From assembly GCA_040771865.1 (NCBI GenBank), contig JAXGZF010000006.1, positions 1 through 64,000 of the forward strand: 64,000 bases of DNA. The letters run 5' to 3'. The notes beneath the pieces are model-generated. The model saw only the letters and a program-made list of their open reading frames with translations, ran no database searches and was not told the origin of the DNA. The translations under genes and the position numbers were made by a program. Positions within the stretch are counted from its first letter, which is position 1; each line of letters starts with the position of its first letter. This document shows, piece after piece, positions 49,836-58,834 of the stretch. This DNA comes from Desulfobacterales bacterium. Its GTDB lineage: Bacteria; Desulfobacterota; Desulfobacteria; Desulfobacterales; UBA2245.

Positions 49836-51020
49836 ATGGACCTGAAAAATAAAATGGAAAACAGCGGAAAAGATCCGGTTCTTCGTCTGCTCAGTGAGGA
49901 CAAGGAAATTCTAGTCGTGGGCACCGCGCATGTTTCAAAGCAAAGCGCCGAACTCGTGGCCCGCGTCATCGAATCGGAAAAACCGGACACCGTATGCGTG
50001 GAGCTGTGTGATTCCCGTTACCAGGCCATCAGCCAGAAAGACCGATGGCGAAATATGGACATCATCAAGGTGATCAAGGAGAAAAAGACATTTTTGCTTC
50101 TGGCCAACCTTCTGCTGGCTTCCTTTCAAAAGCGCATCGCCCGGCAACTGGATATAAAGCCCGGACAGGAAATGATTCAGGCCATTTACAGCGCGAAGTC
50201 CGCTAACGCCGCCGTCTGTCCGGTGGATCGGGATATCCGGATTACCCTGTCCCGGACCTGGCGCCTGATGCGCTTCCGCGATAAGATTAAACTGTTTGTC
50301 GAGCTCATCGGGTCGGCGGCTGAGACCCCGAATATCCGGCAGGAGGATGTCGAAAGAATGAAGCAGGAGGATGCGCTGGAGTCCATTCTGGCCGAGGTGG
50401 AAAAAGAACTTCCCGCGCTTCGAAATATTCTCATCGATGAGCGGGATCAGTATCTTGCCCAGAAAATACGCACCGCTCCGGGGAAAAAAATCGTTGCGGT
50501 TGTCGGAGCCGGCCATGTTCCGGGCATACAGAGATACTGGCATCAGGATATTGACACCGCCAGTCTGGAAGTGCTTCCTCCCAAAGGAAAACTAGGAAAA
50601 ACGCTGAAATGGATTATTCCTGCGGCAATCCTGATGTTCATCGCCGGCGGCTTTTATGCCGGCGGTTTCCGTACAGGGGCCGATATGGTCAAGTGGTGGT
50701 TTCTCGCGAACGGAATTCTGGCGGGCGCCGGAGCCATGGCTGCTTTCGCGCATCCATTGACCGTCATTTCGTCGGTGCTGGCGGCCCCTCTGACCTCCTT
50801 GAATCCGATGATCGCGGCCGGATGGGTATCGGGCCTGGTGGAGGCGTTCTCCCGCAAACCCAGGGTCAGGGATCTGGAAAGCCTGTCCGAAGACATTCTT
50901 TCCATCAAGGGTTTCTGGCGCAACAAGGTCACCCGGATTCTGCTGGTGGTGGTATTTACCAACCTCGGCAGTTCCCTGGGCACGTTCGTTGCCATTCCTC
51001 TAATGGTTAAAGCTTTTTGA
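49836..51020 (+). CDS. TraB/PrgY/GumN-family protein
   Basis: VGTAHVS, VCVELC, PGQEM, ERD, VVGAGH; C-terminal TM helices. Confidence 0.9.
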   Translation: MDLKNKMENSGKDPVLRLLSEDKEILVVGTAHVSKQSAELVARVIESEKPDTVCVELCDSRYQAISQKDRWRNMDIIKVIKEKKTFLLLANLLLASFQKRIARQLDIKPGQEMIQAIYSAKSANAAVCPVDRDIRITLSRTWRLMRFRDKIKLFVELIGSAAETPNIRQEDVERMKQEDALESILAEVEKELPALRNILIDERDQYLAQKIRTAPGKKIVAVVGAGHVPGIQRYWHQDIDTASLEVLPPKGKLGKTLKWIIPAAILMFIAGGFYAGGFRTGADMVKWWFLANGILAGAGAMAAFAHPLTVISSVLAAPLTSLNPMIAAGWVSGLVEAFSRKPRVRDLESLSEDILSIKGFWRNKVTRILLVVVFTNLGSSLGTFVAIPLMVKAF

Positions 51021-51030
51021 TTCCCGGCTT

Positions 51031-51843
51031 CTATTGAACTGATATCGGAGTTGACAATATTTTTACGACCCATCGCTCGCCGGAGGCGCCGCTATCGCAA
51101 GTATGAGGTTGTCTGACCAGCTTTAAGCGGTTTTCCGCAAAAAGCTGAATGCATTCCGGATAAAGCTGCCATTCAAGGTTCAGTCCTTTTTTTCGAACCT
51201 CGTCCAAGGTGTCTTCCGGAAGGATCTCAAAGGATTTCTGACCGATGATGGGTCCGGAATCCTCACCATAATCTATGAAATGCACCGTGCATCCGCCCAC
51301 CTTGCACCCGTACCGGAAGGTGTCTCCGTAGCCGTCCACGCCGGGAAAGGCCGGAAGCAGCGCCGGGTGAATGTTCATAATTCTGGGATGTTGCGGTTTC
51401 GTGTTCACCCGGTCGATAAAATACGGGGTCAGAGTTCTCATGAAACCCGCCAGCACAAGCAGGTCAAAGGGATGCGTACTCATAGCCTCAATGAGCTTCG
51501 CCTCCGCTACAGCCCGGGTCAGCATGAAGGTTTCAACCTTGGCCGGGTCGGCATCCGGACCAAACAGCCGGGTTTTGGAAACTGCTTCCGCAAGATCGAA
51601 ATCCGCTGGAATCAGTTCAGGGGATGCTTGGTTTTTGACATCCCGGAAGATCTCTCGGTAATCGACCACAAAGCTTGGAATCGAATGTCGCTGCGCCCGC
51701 GCAAGACCCCCCGCCTTCGGATTGTCCGATCCCACAAAAACCATTTCCGCATCAATTGCGCCCGCCTCGCAGGCATCGATGATGGCCTGCAGGTTGGTGC
51801 CGCCGCCTGAAATCAATGCGCCGATTCGAATCTTTTTGTCCAT
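51031..51843 (-). CDS. purN: Phosphoribosylglycinamide formyltransferase
   Basis: LISGGGTNLQA, LAGFMR, NIHPALLP, GCTVHF...DSGPII. Confidence 0.94.
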   Translation of the reverse strand: MDKKIRIGALISGGGTNLQAIIDACEAGAIDAEMVFVGSDNPKAGGLARAQRHSIPSFVVDYREIFRDVKNQASPELIPADFDLAEAVSKTRLFGPDADPAKVETFMLTRAVAEAKLIEAMSTHPFDLLVLAGFMRTLTPYFIDRVNTKPQHPRIMNIHPALLPAFPGVDGYGDTFRYGCKVGGCTVHFIDYGEDSGPIIGQKSFEILPEDTLDEVRKKGLNLEWQLYPECIQLFAENRLKLVRQPHTCDSGASGERWVVKILSTPISVQ

Positions 51844-52135
51844 GGCATTTTCCTTTTCGCCGTCCGTGCCCGAAATATCGTTTGGTATTTTTTCTCCGCA
51901 ACCGTTAACAAAAGCGGGAACGGGTGTCAATTGCCAAGGTGAAAGCGCTGTTCGACAGCTTTTGCATGTTCACCCGGCAGAACATCTTATTTCAGGGCAG
52001 AGCTGTGATCCGATGAATTTTTTATCGCCAGATGGTCGCTTCGCTGCTAAAATGCAAATCTATTCGAATCGAAGACAGCCGACGCACCCAAAATAATGAT
52101 TTTTCAATTTTTTTGATTTTCTGAAGGAAAATTTA

Positions 52136-52798
52136 TTGAAAATAGTTGATTTAAGTCACACGATTTATCCGGCCATGCCGGTATACCCCGGTACGCCTTC
52201 TCCTGTGATGAAGACGGTTTTTGGCATCGATGCACACGGTTTTTTAGAAAAGCAGATCACCCTCTGTTCCCATACCGGCACGCACATCGACGCGTCCGCG
52301 CACATGCTTGAGGGTGGGAAAACCCTGGATCAGCTGCCGATCGACAGATTTTCGGGCAGGGCCTTTGTATTCGATGCAACCCGGATCAGTAACCCCTTCA
52401 TCGATGTGCGTGACCTTGAGCCCTTTCAGGATGCGCTGGAAATCTGCGACTTTATGTTGCTGTATACCGGATGGAGCAGATTCTGGGGAACCCAAAAATA
52501 TTTTCTGGAATATCCGGCGCTCGCCGAAGACGCCGCAGCCTGGCTCGGCCGCTTTGATCTGAAGGGAATCGGCATGGATACGATTTCGGCAGACCGGCAC
52601 GATTCCGTTGATTATCCGGTTCATAAGCTTCTGTTCGGCTGCGGAATGATCGTGATTGAAAACCTGACCGGTCTTGACTGGCTGTTGCATCGGTATTTTA
52701 TTTTTTTGTGTTTTCCGCTGAAAATCGAACATGCCGAAGGATCTCCGGTTCGAGCGGTGGCGATGATTGACGATTCAATTGAAAGACGGAAGGATTAA
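52136..52798 (+). CDS. Cyclase / kynurenine formamidase-like metal hydrolase
   Basis: VDLSH, HTGTHIDA, IENL, GSPVRA. Confidence 0.9.
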   Translation: MKIVDLSHTIYPAMPVYPGTPSPVMKTVFGIDAHGFLEKQITLCSHTGTHIDASAHMLEGGKTLDQLPIDRFSGRAFVFDATRISNPFIDVRDLEPFQDALEICDFMLLYTGWSRFWGTQKYFLEYPALAEDAAAWLGRFDLKGIGMDTISADRHDSVDYPVHKLLFGCGMIVIENLTGLDWLLHRYFIFLCFPLKIEHAEGSPVRAVAMIDDSIERRKD

Positions 52799-52802
52799 AA
52801 AC

Positions 52803-53564
52803 ATGCCGAACAACCATGTAGAAAACCATTCCGAAGGCGTGAAATCCGACGAAGTTCCTGCCGCGACACAGCAGGAGGACACCGGAGCTGATTTTGCTTC
52901 AAAGCCGGAACCCGGAGGCCGTTGGCGCTGGGCAGTTATTCTTGGGCTTGCCCTGGTCGTTCTTGCAGGCTTGTCCGCCTGGTGGATCCATCGTTACATC
53001 TATGCGCCCCGGTTTACCCCCACGCAGCTGGATCAGCGGGAACGGGAAATTCTGAATAAAAAGCTTCAAAAATTTGAAAAAGCGGTTCAAGGTACGACGC
53101 CTCGCTCAGATGCAGCAAAAAAGGATGATTCCCTTCGCTCAGAGCCCGAGGCTTACACCGAGGCCGGAGCGGATCGCACCATTCATTTTACGGAAAAAGA
53201 GATCAACGCCCTGATCGCGAACCAGCCGGAAATAGCGCAGCGCCTGGCCATTGATTTATCGGACGATCTGATCAGCATCAAGGTGCTGATGCCCATGGAC
53301 AAGGATATCCTGTTTCTCGGCGGAAAAACCCTGCGGCTTCACGCGGGTCTATCGGTACGCTTTGAAAACGGAAAACCGGAGGTGGCGCTTCAGGGAATCA
53401 GCCTCGGAGGCATTCCGCTTCCCAATGCCTGGCTGGGAAATCTGAAATATAAAAACCTGGTTAAGGAGTTTGGTTCTCAGGAAGGATTCTGGAAACTCTT
53501 TGATGAAGGCGTCGCCGATATCAAGATTTCCCAGGGCGAAATACAGATCCGTCTGAAAGAGTGA
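52803..53564 (+). CDS. Single-TM hypothetical protein
   Basis: TM helix; FTEKEINALI, ISLGGIPLPNAW. Confidence 0.7.
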   Translation: MPNNHVENHSEGVKSDEVPAATQQEDTGADFASKPEPGGRWRWAVILGLALVVLAGLSAWWIHRYIYAPRFTPTQLDQREREILNKKLQKFEKAVQGTTPRSDAAKKDDSLRSEPEAYTEAGADRTIHFTEKEINALIANQPEIAQRLAIDLSDDLISIKVLMPMDKDILFLGGKTLRLHAGLSVRFENGKPEVALQGISLGGIPLPNAWLGNLKYKNLVKEFGSQEGFWKLFDEGVADIKISQGEIQIRLKE

Positions 53565-53624
53565 TGATGCGGAGCCGGAGCAATGGACGTTCAAATTCCG
53601 GCCTGAAATCGTTCCGGGAATCCC

Positions 53625-55769
53625 TTAGAAAGCGATTCGCCACGTGGCAATAAAGCTTCGCCCAGGTTCTTTGAGAACGATTCCCCGAGATGTAGAAAGA
53701 TAATCATCATAGGCTGCGTCGGCCATATTCTTGGCTGTCAGAACGATGTCGTGCCATGTATTTTCAATTTTAAAACGGTAGCCGATACTGGCGTTCAGAA
53801 TCGCCCAACCGCTGCTTTCTTCTGTTCCAGGCGGAACCCGATCCTGATCCGCAGCCCACTGAAGTTCCAGCTGGCTCCAAAAATCGTTGCGGTTTTCATA
53901 TCTTATTCCAGTCATTCCGTTTAGCGGCGGTATATCGGCAAGATCCTCATCCCTGGCGGTATCCCTGCCCTGGGCATAGGCCAGGTTGGCATAAAGCATC
54001 CAATCGGGCGAAAAGCGCCACCTCATTTCAAGTTCGGAACCAAAGATTTCAGCCGAACTGACATTTTCGTTCTGGTACAGGACATCGCTTTTCTTTTCCG
54101 CAACGATAAGGTCTTCAAGAAAGTTGGCAAAGACTCCGGCGCTGAGATCAAACGCGGCGGTCTTGCAATGAAGGCCGTATTCGAAAAAAATGGATCGCTC
54201 GGAATCCAAATCGGGGTTTCCCTTCTGAACGATCTGCCCGGCAAGCGTCAGATACTGAAAACGCTCCAGTATATTGGGCGCCCGGTAGCTTGAAGCCGCC
54301 AGAGCGGTCATGGACCAGTGCGGGGCGAATTCCCAAGCCGCACCAACATGAGCGTTCCAGCTTACATCCTCCTCGGCGCCGCTTTGCCAAAGGATCGGGT
54401 TGGAAACAGAGGGCGACGGTTTCACAATCCAAGCATACGACGAATCGTTTTCAACCCTGATGTAATCGATTCGTCCTCCGAAATTCAGGCTTAATCGATC
54501 ATGAATTTTCCAGTTGTCTTCGCAAAAAATTCCTCCGGAAAATTCATCCGCATTCGGCGTGGGCTGATTTTGGCCGAACGCGCCGGAGCGATAAAAATAT
54601 TGACGTATTGATTCCATTTGCCAATTCCAGGCGTCGACGCCGAAAACAAGCTGATGAGAATCGATATCCAGAACATTCCGACATTGAACGCCCCATGTCC
54701 TGTGATCGGCCGAAGGGCGAATCTCCAGCACTGAGGACGAAGGATGATCGATTCGAACATTGCGGTCTATTGAGAGAAAATAAGCGTTGATTCGGGTTTC
54801 AGAAATCGGACCTTCATCGGGATCAATTATGTGAGACAGACGAAACGACTGCTGACGCGTATCCGGATAGGTGACGTCGGCCTGGGACGGCAGAGATGCC
54901 GTGCCGCTGCCGGGAATGCCGATCTCGTTTCCCGTGGATTGCTGCACCTCAATCTCGGTGATGTTGAGATCGTTCCATTTCCGGCTGGCCGCAAGCTTGA
55001 GATAGGCGTCTTCGAACTGACTGTTGCCGACCTCGTTGCCGTCGCCGTCCTCGTAGCTGTCGTGATCCCGACGGCCGGCCGAGCCGTATACCCAGGCATT
55101 CGGAGCATTATAGGAAATATTGCCATAAATATCTGATCCCAAAGGATTGTCGGAGATGCTTCCAATGAATTCGCCGTGCCATTGCGGCGTGGGTTCAAAC
55201 TCGCCTTTTTTGGTGAGGATGTTCACAACGCCGCCGATAGATCCCGAACCATAAAGGGCGCTGACCGGTCCTTTGAGAATTTCGATGCTCTGAATTTCCA
55301 TCGGGTTGACAAAGCCGAATCGCGCATTGATATCCGTGGCGGTGTTGACGCGGCTTCCATCCAAGAGCAGAACGACCGAATCGCGACTCAGGCCGCGGAT
55401 ATTGATATCCGATCCCCAGGGAGAGTCGGAAGTGATCAGAACTCCCGGACTTCTAGCCGCCGCATCGGAAGCGTTGAACGGAAGGTTTTCGAAAATTTCC
55501 TCTGAATCAATCCGGTCCGTTCCTCCCGGAGTTGCGGAAAGCGCGCTTTCCGTTCCGCGGGCGGTGATGATGATTTCATCCATCAGGACGGCCTTGTTCT
55601 CCTGTGTTCGAATGTATGAATCGACATCGGCAGCATGAACCCAGATACATTCAAGCGATCCGAAGAACATAGAGAGGAAAAGAGCAATGTAACTCGGAAT
55701 CAAAATATATCTTCCGAAAAAGAAAGGAACATTAGATAATTTCGTTGAAAGCAGCTTCGAGAAATTCAT
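53625..55769 (-). CDS. TonB-dependent outer-membrane receptor
   Basis: DEIIITA TonB box, NIRGL, IEILKGPVSALYG..GGVVNI, SYRAP, PGR...terminal F; AGGAGG RBS. Confidence 0.93.
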   Translation of the reverse strand: MNFSKLLSTKLSNVPFFFGRYILIPSYIALFLSMFFGSLECIWVHAADVDSYIRTQENKAVLMDEIIITARGTESALSATPGGTDRIDSEEIFENLPFNASDAAARSPGVLITSDSPWGSDINIRGLSRDSVVLLLDGSRVNTATDINARFGFVNPMEIQSIEILKGPVSALYGSGSIGGVVNILTKKGEFEPTPQWHGEFIGSISDNPLGSDIYGNISYNAPNAWVYGSAGRRDHDSYEDGDGNEVGNSQFEDAYLKLAASRKWNDLNITEIEVQQSTGNEIGIPGSGTASLPSQADVTYPDTRQQSFRLSHIIDPDEGPISETRINAYFLSIDRNVRIDHPSSSVLEIRPSADHRTWGVQCRNVLDIDSHQLVFGVDAWNWQMESIRQYFYRSGAFGQNQPTPNADEFSGGIFCEDNWKIHDRLSLNFGGRIDYIRVENDSSYAWIVKPSPSVSNPILWQSGAEEDVSWNAHVGAAWEFAPHWSMTALAASSYRAPNILERFQYLTLAGQIVQKGNPDLDSERSIFFEYGLHCKTAAFDLSAGVFANFLEDLIVAEKKSDVLYQNENVSSAEIFGSELEMRWRFSPDWMLYANLAYAQGRDTARDEDLADIPPLNGMTGIRYENRNDFWSQLELQWAADQDRVPPGTEESSGWAILNASIGYRFKIENTWHDIVLTAKNMADAAYDDYLSTSRGIVLKEPGRSFIATWRIAF

Positions 55770-56409
55770 GCAATCCTCCTTTTTGTCCGGCCTGAATCTC
55801 CTGGTAGCCTGATAGCATTGGCTGCTTGAACAGAAGAACCCGATCACTCGCCAAAGGGATTTCATCCAGATTGTGAGTGACCAGCAGCCATGATGTTTCA
55901 TGGTATTTCTGGCGCATGTATTTGATGATCCGTTGCTTGGAAGCGACGTCAATTGATTTGAACGGCTCGTCCATCATGATAAACTCCGGGCGGGTAATTA
56001 AGGCTCGAACAAGGGAGACCTTCTGTTTCATTCCACCCGAAATTTCATGCGGATAGTATTTTTCAAATCCTTTGAGACCTGAGACCTCCATCCATTCGGA
56101 AAAAAGAGCCTGCGTTCTTGAATTCATCGCAGCGCCGGATATCTTGAATGGATAAAAAATGTTTTCCTCAACCGTTTTGTACCAGAACAGCCCAGGATCC
56201 TGAAAAACCGAGGCAATGGATTGTGTCTGAAAAATAAAATTTCCCTGGAATTGCGTATCCAGCCCCGACAGGATTCTGATGAGCGTTGTTTTACCGGCGC
56301 CGGACGGCGCAAAGATACAGATCTTTTCCCCTTGAGATATTTGGAAAGACAGGCGGTCAATTATGGCCCGGCGATTGAATTGTTTGCGAATATTTTGAAC
56401 GTTCAGCAT
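55732..56409 (-). CDS. ABC ATPase (TauB/SsuB-like)
   Basis: APSGAGKTT, YPHEISGGMKQ, MDEPF, VTH. Confidence 0.9.
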   Translation of the reverse strand: MLNVQNIRKQFNRRAIIDRLSFQISQGEKICIFAPSGAGKTTLIRILSGLDTQFQGNFIFQTQSIASVFQDPGLFWYKTVEENIFYPFKISGAAMNSRTQALFSEWMEVSGLKGFEKYYPHEISGGMKQKVSLVRALITRPEFIMMDEPFKSIDVASKQRIIKYMRQKYHETSWLLVTHNLDEIPLASDRVLLFKQPMLSGYQEIQAGQKGGLHEFLEAAFNEII

Positions 56410-56411
56410 AT

Positions 56412-57164
56412 TTATGCGTCCGGATAAAGGTACTTTCCAAAAAAAACGACAAACGTTGTATGAGCGACGATCTGAAAGCAAACGATCAGAACTACCATCG
56501 CCAACAGATAAAAATAGACGGCCTGCATATTGAAATAGATTCGGGAGGCATTGAGAAGATATCCAAGACCGTTTTCCGCGGCCAGAAATTCCCCCAGAAT
56601 TACGATCTTCAGTGAAAACACCATTCCGGTCGTTGTATTGCTTTTCATGGCAGGGATTAAGGCCGGTATGTAGATGTCCCGTATCACATTCCGCATCGTC
56701 CCTCTGAAAGAGCGAACCATGTCTATGAGAAGATTGTTTTTTTTCAGCAGGCAGTTGGAGGTGTGAATCGCCATCAGCGGGGATACGAGAGAAACCGCGA
56801 GAACGACAGGCACTGTGTTTCCGACGCCGAAAATCAGCAAAAAAATGATTCCCAGAAGTGTGCCGGGAAGGACCTGAAGCAGGGCCAGAAAGGTTTCCAC
56901 GGAGTCATGAATTTTTAAGGCAAAAGCAAACATTCCGACAAGAGTTCCGCAGGCAAAGGCGATGAGAAAGCTGAGGAAGGTGCGCAGTATCGTGAGTTTG
57001 AGGTTGAATAGAAAGCTCCGGTCGGCCAGCGCACTGATGTTTTGAATGATGTGGACCGGCGAAGGCACGACCGTATCCCTGAATGCGATCGAAAGAAACC
57101 ACCATCCCGCCAGAAACAATAATAATGCGGTCAGATTATTGCGGACCGGTATAAAAAAATTCAT
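56412..57164 (-). CDS. ABC permease (TauC/SsuC-like)
   Basis: VPSP, hydrophobic helices, GEFL...GLGY; start uncertain (57164 or 57176). Confidence 0.85.
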   Translation of the reverse strand: MNFFIPVRNNLTALLLFLAGWWFLSIAFRDTVVPSPVHIIQNISALADRSFLFNLKLTILRTFLSFLIAFACGTLVGMFAFALKIHDSVETFLALLQVLPGTLLGIIFLLIFGVGNTVPVVLAVSLVSPLMAIHTSNCLLKKNNLLIDMVRSFRGTMRNVIRDIYIPALIPAMKSNTTTGMVFSLKIVILGEFLAAENGLGYLLNASRIYFNMQAVYFYLLAMVVLIVCFQIVAHTTFVVFFGKYLYPDA

Positions 57165-58116
57165 TAAAATCTTCATCGAGCGGATTCCCAATGGTCTGGT
57201 AATAATTTTTTATTTCGTTTTTAAGCTGATCCGAGTTCAAGCTGCGGAAGGCGACGCCTCTGATAGCAGAGCAAAGGAGATCTTCTGAAAACTGAAAATA
57301 AGGCCCTGCCTTTTCGCAGGCCGCTTCGGGAAAGGAAGAAATCCATTCAACGGCTTTAGCCAGTTCATGATTCAGCCTTTGAATATAGAATGAATTGTTT
57401 TCAGCCCAGTCGCGTTTTGCAAAGAGTCCGATTTGCGGATAGCCGATGCCGACGCCAGTGTGCCTGGCCCACAATTCCTTGTAACTCATTGAAACATGGA
57501 TTCCCGGAACGCCTCCTGCCAGGCTCGCGAATGGTTCCGGAATAGCGGCTGCGTTAATTCGACCGTTTTGAAGCAGACGCAAAGCCGCGTCTGGATCCGT
57601 ATATCCGATTTGAACATCCTCTTTCCATCTGAGCTTTTCCTGTTCGATAAAATACCGGGTCGTTTCTTCCACCGGACATCCTGGAAAGGGGAGGTATATT
57701 TTTTCACCTTTCAAATCGTCGAAACCGGAAATGTTCTTTTTCCGGGCAACCAGATAGGTCAGGCCTGAAACATAGGAATTAAGAATCACGACCGGTATCT
57801 GCTGCCTATAGAATGAAACCCCAACGGACAGCCCCGTGGAGAGAATAGAAATCTCGTCTCTCAAAAAAAGACAGTGGGCCTGCGAGTGGTTGACGAAAAT
57901 GTGAACACGGGTTCCGGGAAGATTTTCCGCGGCAATAATCAGGGGTATGGATGTCGGCGTGGCAGGGGCGTAAATCGTGATTGGGTCGTTTTTTTCGGAT
58001 GCAGCCGAAGCTGATGCAAATAAAATTAAAATGATCAGGCCCGGCAAAATCTTGCCGCATAAATGCCGTCGAGGGCATGCGCAGAACAAGCGGCGGATGA
58101 ATCTTCCGACTTTCAT
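57136..58116 (-). CDS. ABC substrate-binding protein (SsuA/TauA/NMT1-like fold)
   Basis: Signal region, DLKGEKI, AAAIPEPF; operon context. Confidence 0.8.
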   Translation of the reverse strand: MKVGRFIRRLFCACPRRHLCGKILPGLIILILFASASAASEKNDPITIYAPATPTSIPLIIAAENLPGTRVHIFVNHSQAHCLFLRDEISILSTGLSVGVSFYRQQIPVVILNSYVSGLTYLVARKKNISGFDDLKGEKIYLPFPGCPVEETTRYFIEQEKLRWKEDVQIGYTDPDAALRLLQNGRINAAAIPEPFASLAGGVPGIHVSMSYKELWARHTGVGIGYPQIGLFAKRDWAENNSFYIQRLNHELAKAVEWISSFPEAACEKAGPYFQFSEDLLCSAIRGVAFRSLNSDQLKNEIKNYYQTIGNPLDEDFNEFFYTGPQ

Positions 58117-58355
58117 ATCATGTGCGACTTGACTTTGACGTTCTGAAGATTGCCCAGTTTGCCGGTCATCGCGCCGATCTGGTCGGTGGTTGCTTCGACA
58201 ATCAGGGCGATGACGCTGAGTTCTTTTTCCCGGTAAGGGATTCCCATTCTTCCGATGATAATATCTGAATACTGGCCGAGAATGTTGTTGACCGCAGGCG
58301 CGGATATTTTCCGCTGTTCTATGATGATGCTGATGACGCCGATCCGTTTTTCCAT
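58113..58355 (-). CDS. TM1266-family putative iron-only hydrogenase system regulator
   Basis: MEKRIGVISIIIE...VN.IL..Y.D.IIGRMGIPY...MTGKLG...VKVK. Confidence 0.88.
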   Translation of the reverse strand: MEKRIGVISIIIEQRKISAPAVNNILGQYSDIIIGRMGIPYREKELSVIALIVEATTDQIGAMTGKLGNLQNVKVKSHMI

Positions 58356-58490
58356 TTTTATGAATTCCCTTGTCGATGTTTGATTCAGCGGCAAGAGAGG
58401 GGGGTGTTTGGCGAGTATAAGGCGCTGCGATGGGGCAGCCCTCTGGTTCAGATTGCGTCCTCCCCTCAGGCCGGGTTGTGTTATTCGGAA

Positions 58491-58820
58491 TTAGAAGTGA
58501 AGCTTAACACCTTTTTCTCTTAGTGGTTTCAGATACATGGAGCGGTCCGTATACTCCGTATGAAGAAGATGATGGGCGAGATGAGAATTCGGTTCGTGAA
58601 GGTAATTCTTGTAAATCTCAGCCACCGCCTTGCTGTCCTGGGATTTCCGAACCGGCATCTTGGTGTCCTGCAGATATACCGAGTCCTGGCGTTGTTTCAG
58701 GTAGTCTTTCGCCTGGGCAAAGGATTCTTTGGCGAAATTCCAGCTGTAAAGCGTGGCGCCGGCGGCAAATCCGGCCATTTTTATAAACTGACGCCGTGTA
58801 ACCTGTATGATCGAATTCAT
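58491..58820 (-). CDS. hydB: Periplasmic [FeFe] hydrogenase small subunit with Tat signal
   Basis: TRRQFIK twin-arginine motif; RQ..VY..D, RKSQD, AHHLLHT; GGAGG RBS. Confidence 0.92.
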   Translation of the reverse strand: MNSIIQVTRRQFIKMAGFAAGATLYSWNFAKESFAQAKDYLKQRQDSVYLQDTKMPVRKSQDSKAVAEIYKNYLHEPNSHLAHHLLHTEYTDRSMYLKPLREKGVKLHF

Positions 58821-58834
58821 TGCAACCTCCTTTC

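Noticed and set aside
49836..51020. TraB-family gene as evidence of a conjugative element
   Set aside because: It is the TraB/PrgY/GumN family, commonly chromosomal, and no other transfer genes are nearby.
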